A stretch of DNA of 64,000 bases, taken from the NCBI GenBank assembly GCA_963842945.1, contig CAWJIM010000023.1, positions 128,001 through 192,000 of the forward strand, read 5' to 3'. This DNA comes from an uncultured Gemmatimonadales bacterium. Its GTDB lineage: Bacteria; Gemmatimonadota; Gemmatimonadetes; Gemmatimonadales; GWC2-71-9. Below are positions 31,467 to 44,648 of this stretch, one piece after another. The notes beneath the pieces are model-generated. The model was not told where the DNA came from. It was given only the letters and a program-made list of their open reading frames with translations, and made no database searches. Numbering within the stretch: the stretch's first letter is position 1; each line of letters starts with the position of its first letter. A program made the position numbers and the translations under genes.

Positions 31467-31563
31467 CTATGCCTCCAGGTTGTTCGTTCGACGCCTCGCC
31501 AGCTCATCGCCGCCTTCAATCTACTGCATCCATTCGGCCTGCTCCCAATGACCGTGTGCGCGT

Positions 31564-31575
31564 TATAATCCTGCA

Positions 31576-31578
<3 letters not shown>
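31564..31578 (+). promoter_or_regulatory. TATAAT -10 box 6 nt before the ligA ATG (leaderless transcript candidate)
   Basis: TATAAT-CCTGCA-ATG with no SD sequence. Confidence 0.6.
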
Positions 31579-33608
<2,030 letters not shown>

Positions 33609-33642
33609 GGTTGAGAGACTGAGACTCGAAACGGGAGGAAGC

Positions 33643-34111
33643 ATGGAACGGGTCACAATCGGTCGAGCCGGGATACTACTTCCTGGGATTGCTGAGCGTC
33701 GGATCGGCCTCATGCCGACCAGCGCTGGGCGGAAACGATGAGGTTGAAACCATCAGGGCAACGGAACGCGCCCGCCTCAAGGCGCTGGTCGAGGCCGATC
33801 TGCCGAGAGCCCGCGAGCTCCACGCGAACGACTTTCAGCTGGTAACCCCCGGCGGACAGACCTACTCCAAGGAGCAGTATCTCGGCGACATCCAGTCCGG
33901 CGCAGTAGATTATCTGGTGTGGGAGCCCGACTCGGCTATCCAGGTGAGGCCGCTTCGAGACGCTGCGGTGATCCGCTACCGGTCGAGGCTGGAGATCGTG
34001 GTGGGCGGCGAAAAAATCCCACTTCAGAAATACTGGCACACAGACTCCTATGAAAAGCTGAACGGGCGCTGGCAGGTCGTGTGGTCGCAGGCGACACGGA
34101 TCACGGACTGA
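33643..34111 (+). CDS. NTF2-like / DUF4440 protein, possibly exported (frameshift in N-terminus)
   Basis: ERARLKALVEAD..LHANDFQLVTPGG..SKEQYL..TDSYEKLNGRWQVVWSQAT; GGAGG RBS. Confidence 0.85.
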
Positions 34112-34237
34112 CGGATGATGCCAGGAGGGACAGCGGGGTAAGCAGTGAGCGGTGCTACCGCCGCCGCTTACGGATCATAGGCTACTTCTTTACTATTCCC
34201 GCTCACCGCTGACCGCTCACCTCTTACCGTTTTTGAT

Positions 34238-34822
34238 ATGATCGACCAGGCATCACGTCAAACCCCCGCTGGCCTTCGGCTCGGCCGGAAGGTCATCCAT
34301 CAACTCCGCGCCTCGCTGGAACGCGACGCCGGGATCCAGGCCGCCACCCATCTGCAGGAGGCCGGCTTTGCCGGGGGCGAGGAGCTGTACGAAGCCTTTG
34401 CCCGATGGCTCAAGGCCGAGCGAAACGTGGATCCGCCGTCGGACCTCGACGTGCAGTTCCTGGGCGAGTTACTCTCCGACTTCTTCGCCGAGCAGGGCTG
34501 GGGCAAGCTGACAGCGATGCCGCTGGGCGAGGCGGTGCTGGCGCTCGACTCGGACAAGTGGGCCGAGGCACTGGATCAGCCGGAGGGACAGTACCCATCG
34601 TGCCATCTGAGCTGCGGCTTGCTGGCCGATTTCCTGGGGCGGGTGTCCCAGGGGCAGGTGGCGGTGATGGAGGTGGAGTGCCGCTCGCGGGGAGATCGGA
34701 AGTGCCGCTTCCTGGCCGGCGCGCCGGAGACGCTCAGCGTGCTCTACGAGCGGATGGCGCAGGGATCGGGGTATGTGGAGGCAATCGCGGGACGTGAGGA
34801 ACGTGGAACGTGGGGAACGTGA
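34238..34822 (+). CDS. V4R (4-vinyl reductase) domain protein
   Basis: FFAEQGWG, CHLSCGLLADFL, EVECRSRGDRKCRF. Confidence 0.85.
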   Translation: MIDQASRQTPAGLRLGRKVIHQLRASLERDAGIQAATHLQEAGFAGGEELYEAFARWLKAERNVDPPSDLDVQFLGELLSDFFAEQGWGKLTAMPLGEAVLALDSDKWAEALDQPEGQYPSCHLSCGLLADFLGRVSQGQVAVMEVECRSRGDRKCRFLAGAPETLSVLYERMAQGSGYVEAIAGREERGTWGT

Positions 34823-34929
34823 GGACCACGGAACGACGGAAGGTGCGGTACGACAGGACGTCGGAAGAATAGCGAAACTCATCCCCAACACAGCGAGAGG
34901 CTTATTCGATAGGCATCTGCACGCCACGT

Positions 34930-35036
34930 GATCGGAGCGGGACGGGCATGGTCCCGAAAGGCAGGCTCCCGGGGAAGGGTTGGGCGGTTGTCGCTTAGCC
35001 TGCCGGAGGGCCCATGCCCGCCCGATAGCGCGATCT
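34930..35036. other. Long structured intergenic hairpin (candidate ncRNA or terminator/MITE-like element)
   Basis: CGGGCATGG/CCATGCCCG and GGCAGGCT/AGCCTGCC nested stems between convergent genes. Confidence 0.45.
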
Positions 35037-35044
35037 CTGCTCCG

Positions 35045-36136
35045 TTAGCTACCCTTAACCAGCTTGATCCCGCCCGACCCAGTCTCGATATCGATCTTCC
35101 CCCGCCCATCGCCGATTCGCCCCGTCATGTGATCCCGCGCGTGCCGAGTGACGGCGACCTCGAAGTCGGTCTCGATGTCGCCGCTCGAGGTCTCGATGTC
35201 CACCTCGGCGCCGATGGTCGGCGGGACCTTGAGGGTGATGTCGCCCGAGCCGGTCTCCACATTCACGTTCCAGAGCTCCCCGCTCACATCGGCGGTCACC
35301 GCACCGCTCCCGGTCTCCAGCTTCACCTGCGGGCGCGGTGAGTCCGGCCAGCTGGATGTCGCCCGAGCCGGTCTGCACGGAGATCTGGCCGCTGCTTCAC
35401 GCCGGTGCCGGTCACGTCGCCCGAGCCGGTGTCGACCGAGACGTCCTCCCCCGCACATCGGTGAGCGACACCGCGCCGGAGCCGGTGTCCACCGAGAGGT
35501 CGCCCCGCGACTTGGTCACCTGCACCGTCGCCGGAGCCCACGTCGATGTTGAGCTCGCCCCGGGTGTTCGAGGTGGTGACCGGCGCCGAGGCGGCGTCGA
35601 TATGGAGGTCGCCCTCCACGTTGGTGACGGAGACCTTGCCCACCGCGAGATAGAGCGACAGCTGCTTGCCCATGGGGACGGTGATCCGGAGATCGGCGTG
35701 GGCGTCGAGCCCGCCGCCGCCGCTGCTGATGGTGACCCGCCGGCCTTCGTTCCGGTGCTCCTCATCGTCGTGCCGGTCGGAGAAGGTGCCGTCCTCCCGG
35801 ACCCGGAGCTGGGTGGACGAGCCGCTGCTCAGTTTGCCGTAGGTGATCCGGTCGGCGGGATAGACGAAACGCAGGGTCTGGGTCCCGTCGATCTCGCTCT
35901 TCATCACCTTGAGCTTGGCCGCGTCGGCGCCACCCCGGGTGGCCTCGGCCACCACATCGGGTCCCGGCCCCGCCTCCACCCGGATCTCGCCCACCAGGTT
36001 GTAGATGGCGACCTCGTCGGCCGGAGACGGCGTAGCGCTCGGGTTGCTGGGCAGAGAGTCCGCTGGAGGGCACCAGGACCGCGCCGATGAGTCCGGGGAC
36101 GATCCAGGGCGAAAGGCGACACGCTATGGCCTGCAT
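35045..36136 (-). CDS. DUF4097 beta-strand-repeat secreted protein, frameshifted
   Basis: Signal peptide; many [VIL][DE]TGSG[DA][VI] repeats. Confidence 0.9.
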
Positions 36137-36167
36137 GGCACGCTGCTCCTTGAGGGGAAACTGGGGG

Positions 36168-36197
36168 TTAGACGTGGCCTAGGCTATAAAGGTTGCA
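36168..36197 (-). promoter_or_regulatory. ECF sigma-type promoter for the DUF4097 gene
   Basis: TGCAAC-N17-CGTCTAA on the minus strand. Confidence 0.5.
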
Positions 36198-36299
36198 ACC
36201 CAATAACGGAAAATTCACGGGCACACCCCCACCTTCGTTCAGTCTGGACGACCCGGGTACCGAGCCGTAAGCTAGTGTCGCTCCCCTTAGGAGGGGCCT

Positions 36300-39200
36300 A
36301 TGCAGGCCCTGGCAGACTTTCAAGACGCGCTCGGCGACCGTTATCAGCTCGAGGATGAGTTGGGATCGGGTGGCCAAGGCACGGTGTTCCGGGCTCGGGA
36401 TCTGCGTCTGAGCCGGCCCGTCGCCATAAAGTTTCTGCGCCCGGATATAGCCCCCCTGCTCGGCCCCGATCGGTTTCAGCGCGAGATCGCGATCGCGGCT
36501 TCGCTTTCCCACCCCAACATCGTCCCTCTCCTGGATTCCGGCGGTGAGGGCGAGCACCTGTTCTACACCATGCCGTTGGTCGAGGGCGAAAGCCTCCGCC
36601 GCCGGCTGACCCGTCAGACTCAGCTTCCGCTGGAGGACGCCCTCCAGATCACCACCGATGTAGCGAGTGCCCTCGATTACGCCCACAAACGCGGGTACAT
36701 CCACCGAGATATCAAGCCGGAAAACATTGTGCTGACCGAACAGGGCGCCATCGTCCTGGACTTCGGTATTGCCCGCGCCATCGAAGTGGCGGGAGAATCC
36801 GCCATTACCTCGGGCGCCCTCGCCCTCGGTACCCCCCTGTACATGAGCCCGGAGCAGGCCTCCGGCCAGCAGCAGCTCGACGGACGCAGCGATATCTACG
36901 CGCTGGGATGTGTGCTCTACGAAATGCTGGCCGGCGAGCCGCCGTTCACCGGGGCGACGCCGCAGGCCGTGGTTGCGCGCCATCTGGTGGATCCGCCACC
37001 GAAGCTCTCCGTCGTGCGCCGAAGCGTGTCTCCGGCACTGGAGGAGGCGATAGAAAAGGCGCTGGCCAAGGTCCCGGCCGACCGGTATGCCTCGGCCGCG
37101 GAGATGGTCGCAGGCGCTGCGGAAGGCGCAGCGACATCCGGGTGGGCGCGCGCTGATTCGCCGTCGGCTGAAGCAGGCCGCCCTGGTGGGGGTGCCCGCG
37201 ATGGTCGCCATGTCGGCGTATCTCACTTGGCCCAGCGTGGTGCTCGACTCGAACAATGTGACAGCCTTTCCGGGCTGGTCCGCGCCGGTGATGGATCAGT
37301 CCCTCTACATGGTGCTGCCCTTCCGGCACCGGGCGGCATCGGCTCCCCGTCTCCTCAACGGCGATCAATGCGAATCGCTGCTCCACGATGCGCTGGGTCG
37401 GTGGCGCGGCGTGCAGCTGGTCGATCCACTGTGGGTCGCCGATGCCCGCTCCCGCCGCGGAGGAGGCGGCAGCATCGAGGACGGACTCTCGATTGCCCGG
37501 GAGCGTCGGGCGGGGCGGGTGGTCCTCGGTGAAGTATGGGAGTTCAAGGACACCATTTACGTGCGGGGCCTGCTCTACGACGCTGCCGGCCAGAAGCTGG
37601 TGCGGGAACAGTCGATCCGCATTGCACCCGATCTCAGCGATGCGCAGGTCACGGTTTGAGGAGCTGGCCGATTCGCTCCTGATCGGCGGTGGGGTGGCGA
37701 CCGGCGCTCCACCCCGGAGCGGCGACCGGCTCTCCCTTCCAGCCTGGCGCGCCTTTCAGGACGCGTATCTCGCGATGCAGCGCTGGGACCTTGATTCGGC
37801 CAAGGCCAGGCTGCAGCGGGCGCTCGCCATCGATCCTGACTACGGCCTGGCACAGCTCTCTCTGGCGCAGGTGCTGGCCTGGAGCGGGGAGGACCCGAAA
37901 TCCTGGAGAACGCTATGCGGCCGGCGGCCCTGAGCTCGCGGGACAGTCTGCCGGTCACGGGAGCGCGGGCTTGGCCGAAGGGATGCTCGCCCTGGCCGAC
38001 CAACGCTTCCCTGAGGCGTGCGACAGATTCCGCGCCTTGGTCGCCCGGGACTCGCTCGACTTTGCGGCGTGGTTCGGCCTGGGGGAGTGCCAGGGTAAGG
38101 ATCCGCTGGTGGTGCGTGATGCGGCCAGCCCATCGGGATGGAAGTTTCGCGGTAGCTATCAGGCCGCGGTCGAACGCCTACCGCCGGGCGCTGGAGATCG
38201 TGCCCTCGGTGCATCTGGCGTTTCGGGGTGAGGGGTTCTCCCGTCTTCGCCGGCTGCTGTATCACCGAGACCAATCGCATACGACAGGGCTATGCGCTCG
38301 ACCCCCGACACAGTGCGCTTCGGGGCTTTCCCCTCGATGACGCGCGATACTCTGGAGTTCGTGCCCTGGCCGATCGAAGCGGTGGTGGCCGCGGAGCCGC
38401 AGGCGATGCCGTCAACAATCAGCGCCGCGGTGGAGCATAACCGAGAGCTCATGCGAGACATCGCGGTGAGCTGGGTGCGCGCGTTCCCCCGACAGCGCCG
38501 ATGCGCACGAGACCCTGGCGCTGGTGCTGGAGACGTTGGGTGAGCTGAGCGCGGGCCGCTCCAAGGATATTTCGGCCTTAGGCGAGATTCGCCGGGCCCG
38601 AACAATGACCACGAAGCCTGCCGTCGCGCTTCGGCTGGCGAATGTCGAGACCCGCTTTCTGCGTGAAGTCGGAGCAGATGGCGGCGGCCCGCGCTCTCGC
38701 CGATTCACTCCTGAGAGCCAATCCCAAGCCCGACATGGACGATGCCAGACAGCTCCGCGGGTTGGCCGCTCTGACGCGGGCACGTCCATCTGACGGCTCA
38801 GCTGCAGCGCCGGGCGGCTCCCGACTTCACTTTTCTGACTCCGGACTGGGAAGAGGTAAATGTCCCGCTTCCGCTTGACCGATGCCGCCCTGGGGCTCTT
38901 TGCCTACGCGGCCTTCGGTAATCCCGAGGACAGTCTGGTGGCCCTGGAGCAGCGGGTGGAGCGGCTGATTCCCAGCTACGTGAAGCGTCGCGGCGACTGC
39001 GCGCGCGCCAGGCGATGCTCGACGTCCCGGCCGTGCTCGCTTTTCCGGAACGGGGCATCCGCCCTATGCACCGAGCCCAGGCTGGTGGGAACTACCTGCT
39101 GGTCATGCAATGGAAGCTTGGCGCGGGGCGATACGCGGGAGTGCGGGAGGAGTTCCGGACGTTGCGATCGGCTACGCCGAGGCCTACGTCCGGGCGACGT

Positions 39201-39508
39201 GGCCTTCGATGGCACCTACCATGAGGCGCGGTTGCTGCTCGCTCTTGGCGATACCGCGCGAAGCCACACGGCTGCTGGATCTGACGCTCAATGCGCTTCC
39301 GACGCTGGGAGCGGACCTGCTGGATCAGGTTCCCCAGGTGGCGACTCTTGGTCCGGGGAATGGCGCTGCGGGCGGAGCTGGCGGCCACAGCCGGCGATCA
39401 GGCAACCGCGAAACACTGGGCCGAGAATGTGTCGCTCCTGTGGTCGGCGCAGATCCGGAGCTGGAACCTCACCACGAGGATGCACGCCATACTGCGGGTA
39501 TCCAGTGA
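36300..39508 (+). CDS. Ser/Thr kinase with TM and long divergent TPR-like C-terminal region (K6), many frameshifts
   Basis: [29 protein letters not shown]; downstream frames give RALAIDPDYGLAQL and FAAWFGLGEC. Confidence 0.85.
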
Positions 39509-39535
39509 GATCGCGCGACTCCAGAGGAGATTCTT

Positions 39536-40266
39536 ATGCCGAGGAGCTGGTAGGACCAAGCAGGACGAAGCGAGCAAAGCTCGAGGCCTGTGCGTATAGA
39601 GGCACCTCGTGTCGCTTGCCTGGTCTCACCTGCTGCATGTGGGCCGCAGGATAACCAGGGCCGAACGTAGCCTTCACTCAGTGCCCTCGGACCGGCTGCC
39701 CGGAAGTCGCCGCGCCGAAGTTCACCACTCCATTCGAGCTCCAGCGCAGCATTGATACTCTACTAGTTTGACACGATTCCAGCAGTAGGGATGAGCGAGA
39801 TGGCTGCTGGTGACGCGGCAGCCTGCCTGGACCATTTTGCCAGGCATGCCCGCATAACTGCCGGTACGGTCCACTGGTCGAGATCCACCCGGAGCGGAGA
39901 TCGCACCAGAACAGCAGCAACAGCCTGTCGCAGGGGCCCGGCCGGATAATCGCCCGGATGTCATCGAACTGGTCGAAACCGAAGGCATATCCCAAGCTGA
40001 ACCTGGCTGCTAACGACACCGTCGTACTGGGCGGTAGACCGGTGAATGCCGGTGAACGGACAGCTTTCCCGAGGTCGTTCTCTGTTCATCTCGACCAAGC
40101 AACTCAGGCGCACAGCGCGCCTGCTGCGCACCAGGGAGCCTCGACGTCGAGCCGAACACCCCGAGCGGCTATTGGAGACAGGCCTTGGCCCGATGGGTCT
40201 GGAGCGAGACGCTGATGCGAGAACCGGCGTCGGGGCAACTGCAAGGACAGGCGGTGCTGCCGTTAA
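39536..40266 (+). CDS. Hypothetical protein, heavily frameshifted, with Cys-rich C-terminus
   Basis: GAGGAGA RBS + ATG; fragments CRYGPLVEIHPE, GRIIARM, YPKLNLAANDTV, ALARWVWSE, GNCKDRRCCR* in successive frames. Confidence 0.45.
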
Positions 40267-40276
40267 CGAGGCGTGA

Positions 40277-40798
40277 CTATAGCCGGGCCGCGTAGTCCGG
40301 CCGGACGATTATCTCGCCGCCCTGGATGATCTCCCGGTCCCAGGGAAGGATGATGAAGTTGTCGGTCTCGAAGGCGTGGAAGTCGGGCGCGTAGTCGCCG
40401 GTCTTGAACGACACCGCGCTCCGTACCTCCGAGGGCTTGCGCGCCCGCACCTCGCTCAGGGCGAGCTTCATGGTGCTGCCGGTGTCGCAGGTCTCGTCCA
40501 CCACCAGCACTCGGCGGCCCTTGATGGAAGGCGGCGGACCGGAGACCAGAACCGGCTGCGAGTCCGCATCCTTCCGGGTGACCACCATCGAGGTGAAGTC
40601 GCACTGCAGAATCGAGGCGACCACCACGCCCGGAATGACGCCGGCCTTGGCGATGCCGAGCACGATCTCGGGCTGATACTCCCGGGCCACCCGCAGCGCC
40701 AGCGCGCGGCAGAGCTCGCCGAAGAACGGCCAATCGACTTCGAGTACTCCTCGCGAACTGGGGCGCACGGCGCATGCGATCGCATCGCGGATTCTCAC
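40277..40798 (-). CDS. Type I phosphoribosyltransferase family protein
   Basis: VLGIAKAG, RVLVVDETCDTGST PRPP loop, ILPWD. Confidence 0.9.
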   Translation of the reverse strand: MRIRDAIACAVRPSSRGVLEVDWPFFGELCRALALRVAREYQPEIVLGIAKAGVIPGVVVASILQCDFTSMVVTRKDADSQPVLVSGPPPSIKGRRVLVVDETCDTGSTMKLALSEVRARKPSEVRSAVSFKTGDYAPDFHAFETDNFIILPWDREIIQGGEIIVRPDYAARL

Positions 40799-40967
40799 TC
40801 CGGGTCTTCCTCAACCATACGCCGCATTCCAGAGGCGTCAGTCAACGTGTAGTGCTTCCGCTTTCGACTCGCGTTGCGGGTCCGTTCTCCTCGACGCCTC
40901 AGGACTATCTTAGGCCTTCCCCAACGCCTTGCGTCCATTCGACTTTGCTCGGAGACTCCCGCTCGGC

Positions 40968-41411
40968 ATGAGCTTCTGGCATCGCATGTTCGGTAAGGGA
41001 TCGCGGGAAACCGTGGCCCCCCAACGACTGGATTATCTGAACGAGGGTCTGGCCCTGGAACGTCAGGGCGACTTCGAGGCGGCGCTCACCTCCTACCGGC
41101 TCGCCTTTCGGGACAATCCGGCCGACTCGCGCATCCTGCTCAACATGGCGATCGCGTGCACCAAGACCGGCCAGGAGGAGGAAGCCATCCGGCACTACAA
41201 GCGAGCCCTCGAGCTGGACGACTCGCTCGGCGGCGCGCACTACGGCGTGGCGTTTCTCCTGAAGAAGCGGGGCGACACTCAGGAGGCGGCCAAGCACCTG
41301 CGAGCCTTCCTCGCCCGCCCTCCCAAGGGGCCCGACGCCGAGCGGTGGGTGCGCCACGCCGAGTCGGTCCTCCGCGAGATCGCAGGCAGCCCCGCATCGG
41401 AGACGATGTGA
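40968..41411 (+). CDS. TPR protein
   Basis: Three TPR units (GDFEAALTSYRLAF, GQEEEAIRHYKRALELD, GDTQEAAKHLRAFL). Confidence 0.85.
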   Translation: MSFWHRMFGKGSRETVAPQRLDYLNEGLALERQGDFEAALTSYRLAFRDNPADSRILLNMAIACTKTGQEEEAIRHYKRALELDDSLGGAHYGVAFLLKKRGDTQEAAKHLRAFLARPPKGPDAERWVRHAESVLREIAGSPASETM

Positions 41412-42091
41412 GCCGTTCGGCTCTCCTGCTTTCCCTCCTGCTGGTGCTCGGTTGCAGCGATCTGACGGAAGAAGAGGGCGGCGCGGTGGCGCTGCAGATC
41501 AATGAGCCCGCGGCCACCACCCTCGAGGTCGGAGAATCGATGGCCCTCACGGCCCAGGCGCTGGGCAAGGACGGCAACCCGGTGGACGCCACGATCACCT
41601 GGCGGGCGCCGGACCCGACGCTCACGGTGGAGGAGACCACCGGCGTCATCACCGGGGTCTCGCCCGGCCCCGGCCGGGTGCAGGCTTTTGCCGGAAGTCT
41701 GTCCTCCGCACTGCTGCAATTTACAGTCACCGCCACGGCCGACACCCTGATCGTCACCGATTCCGTGTTCACCGTCGCCCCGGGCGAGACGGCTTCCCTG
41801 CCCCTGGTGGCCCAGATTCAGACCTTCAATCCGGCGGGACCACTGGCAGACTGGCCGGTGATCTACACCATCACCGATCCGGCCGAGGTGATCCCCCACC
41901 TGGTTGAGCTTCCCGGAGGCGTGGTTACCGACACGGTCAACACTGGCACGGATGGTGCGGTCACGACTGTGACCCTCAACCGAGTCGCGCTTGCTCAACC
42001 AGACACCGCCATCGTCGAGGTACGCTCCTTCCGCTCTGGCGGAACCCCTGTACCCGGCTCCGGACAGCGGTTCATCGTCATCTTCCAGTAG
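41408..42091 (+). CDS. Lipoprotein with bacterial Ig-like domains
   Basis: Lipobox VLGC; LEVGESMALTAQAL..ITW..GVITGVSPG Big_2-like pattern. Confidence 0.8.
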   Translation: MSRSALLLSLLLVLGCSDLTEEEGGAVALQINEPAATTLEVGESMALTAQALGKDGNPVDATITWRAPDPTLTVEETTGVITGVSPGPGRVQAFAGSLSSALLQFTVTATADTLIVTDSVFTVAPGETASLPLVAQIQTFNPAGPLADWPVIYTITDPAEVIPHLVELPGGVVTDTVNTGTDGAVTTVTLNRVALAQPDTAIVEVRSFRSGGTPVPGSGQRFIVIFQ

Positions 42092-42092
42092 C

Positions 42093-43915
42093 GTGTCGGC
42101 GCCCGCGGCGCGAACCCTCAACGAGCTCTACTTCGGGGCGCTGGCGCGGTTCGGCACCCGGCCGGTGGCCGCCCGCTCCAAGCGCGACGGCCAGTGGCTC
42201 GACCTGAGCTACCCCGATCTGGCCAACCGGGTACAGGACCTGAGCCTCGGCCTGCACGAGCTGGGCATCCGCCCAGGCGACCGGGTCGCCATCCTGTCGG
42301 AGAATCGCCCCGAGTGGGCCATCGCCGACTACGCCTGCCTCACCGCCCGCTGCACCGACGTTCCGATCTATCCCACGCTGCCCGCCCAAACAGGTGGAGT
42401 ACAGCCTCTGCGACTCGGGCGCGGTCGCGGTGTTCGTGTCCACCCGCCACCAGCTGGACAAGGTGCACAGCATCCGGACGCGGGTACCGGCGCTCCGGCA
42501 CATCATCGCGTTCGAGGACGATGTCGGTGGGAATGGACGTGAAGAGCCTGGGGCAGGTGATCGCCCTGGGACGCGGGCCGCGCGGGTGCGGCATCCGCGC
42601 TGGAAGGACGATGCGCTCGCCGTGCAGCCCGACGACCTCGCCACGCTGATCTACACCTCGGGCACCACCGGCGAGATGAAGGGCGTGATGCTGACCCACG
42701 GCAACATCGCCTTCGACGTGTCCACCTGCTGCACGCTCTTCAGCTTCAGTCGAGAACGACGAGTGCCTCTCCTTCCTGCCGCTCTCGCACATCTTCGAGC
42801 GGATGTTCGGGCACTACTGCATGTTGCACTCGGGCGTGATCATCAACTACGCCGAGAGCGTGGAGACCGTGGCGGCCGACATGGAGCACTGCCGTCCCAC
42901 CCTGATGGCCTCGGTGCCGCGGCTGTATGAGAAGATCTACGCCCGGGTGCTGGAGCGCGGTGCGGAGCAGGCTCGAGGGTCCGGCAGCAGCTCTTCTTCT
43001 GGGCCAAGAGTGTGGGCGAGAAGTGGGTGGAGCAGCGGCTGGAGCGGGCGACGGGTATCCCCGGCGCTCGCGCTCCAGCACTGGCTGGCCGACCATCTGG
43101 TGTTCGCCAAGCTGCGGGCCCGGACCGGCGGACGGATCCGGTTCTTCATCTCGGGCGGCGCGCCGCTGCTCGGCCGACATCGCCCGGTTCTTCCACGCCG
43201 CGGGCATGCCGATCCTGGAGGGGTACGGACTCACCGAGACCTCACCGGTCATCGCGGTGAACACCTTCGAGCATCTCCGGCTGGGCACGGTGGGCCGGCC
43301 CGATTCCCGGAGGTGGAGGTGACGATCGCGCCGGACGGCGAGATCCTCACCCGGGGGCCCAACGTGATGGCGGGCTACTACAAGAAGCCGGAGGCCACCG
43401 CGGAGGCGCTGGACGCCGACGGCTGGTTCCACACCGGCGACATCGGCCTGCTCGATCCGGACGGGTTCCTCAAGATCACCGACCGGAAGAAGGACCTCAT
43501 CGTCACCGCCGGCGGCAAGAACATCGCGCCCCAGCCGATCGAGGGCCTGGTGAAGACCAGCAAGTTCGTCTCCAGCGCCGTGATGCTGGGCGACCGGCGC
43601 CGGTTCCCCATCATGCTGATGGTGCCGAACTTCGAGCACCCTGTCGGCGTGGGCCGAGCAGCAGGGGATCCAGGCCACCGACGGCGGCGGCGCTGGTGCG
43701 CGGCGCCGGAGGTGCAGGAGAAGATGGACCGGGAGGTGCGGACCACGCTCCGCGACCTGGCCAGCTTCGAGATGCCGAAGAAGCTGCTGCTGCTGCCCCG
43801 GGACTTCAGGGTCGAGGCGGGTGAGCTGACCCCGACGCTCAAGGTGAAGCGGCGAGTGGTGGAGCTCCGCTACCGAGAAGCGATCGAGAAGCTGTACGGG
43901 GAAGAAAGAGCGTGA
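42093..43915 (+). CDS. Long-chain acyl-CoA synthetase (AMP-binding), frameshifted
   Basis: [55 protein letters not shown]. Confidence 0.95.
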
Positions 43916-43926
43916 GCGGGAAACGC

Positions 43927-44519
43927 TTACGCTTTTCTTGTCCCCACCCAGACCCCGTCCGCACTCGCCATCAGATCGATCAGATCTTCCGGCGGCTGAT
44001 CTCCCTCTCCCACCACACGCAGTCCCGGTAGCACCAGCCGGCCGCTTCGCGGACCCAGGCGGGATCATCGGCGTAAGGCTTCCCCAACACCACCCCGCGC
44101 ATCGAGCGGGACTTGAGCGGAAGCATCCCGCCCCGGACCACGCTGATTCCGTCCGAGTCCGTTACATCCTTCGGGGGATTTACCGCCACCAGCGCCACGC
44201 CGGGATTGAGCGCCGCCACCTCGCTCCCACAGCGAAGCCACCGGCCCCACCAGCGCGAGGTATCCTCCCGGCCCGCTGAGTCCGATCAGGCACCGAGACG
44301 TTCTCGGCGTCTGAGCTTGGTGTTCTCGCTGCGAATCCGCCGGCGCCCCTCCGGCATCGAACACGCCGTCCATCAGCTGAAAGGTCCGGCCGCAGACCGG
44401 GCAGCCCAGCTGTCCCGTTCTCACCGACCGGCCATCCATCTGGTCGGGCAGCAGGACGAGAAAGCTCTCGTCGTGGTCGGATTGGGACAGCGGAGAAGGT
44501 CGGTGAGCTCGATGAACAT
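43927..44519 (-). CDS. Hypothetical protein with Trm112-like zinc-ribbon N-terminus, frameshifted
   Basis: MFIELTDLLRCP..H..LVL...GQLGCPVCGRTF. Confidence 0.65.
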
Positions 44520-44530
44520 CAGTGAAAGAT

Positions 44531-44647
44531 CGTAAGCGGTGAGCGGTAAGCGGTAAGCGGGCCACCCAACCCGTGCCCGCTAACGCTCGAGCTTCTCCCG
44601 CTCACCGCTCACGCCTTTGCAGTTACCGCTCACGCTTCCGCTCACGG
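44531..44647. repeat. Inverted heptamer arrays (GTRAGCG)n ... (CGCTYAC)n
   Basis: GTAAGCG GTGAGCG GTAAGCG GTAAGCG followed by several CGCTCAC/CGCTAAC units. Confidence 0.75.
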
Positions 44648-44648
44648 C

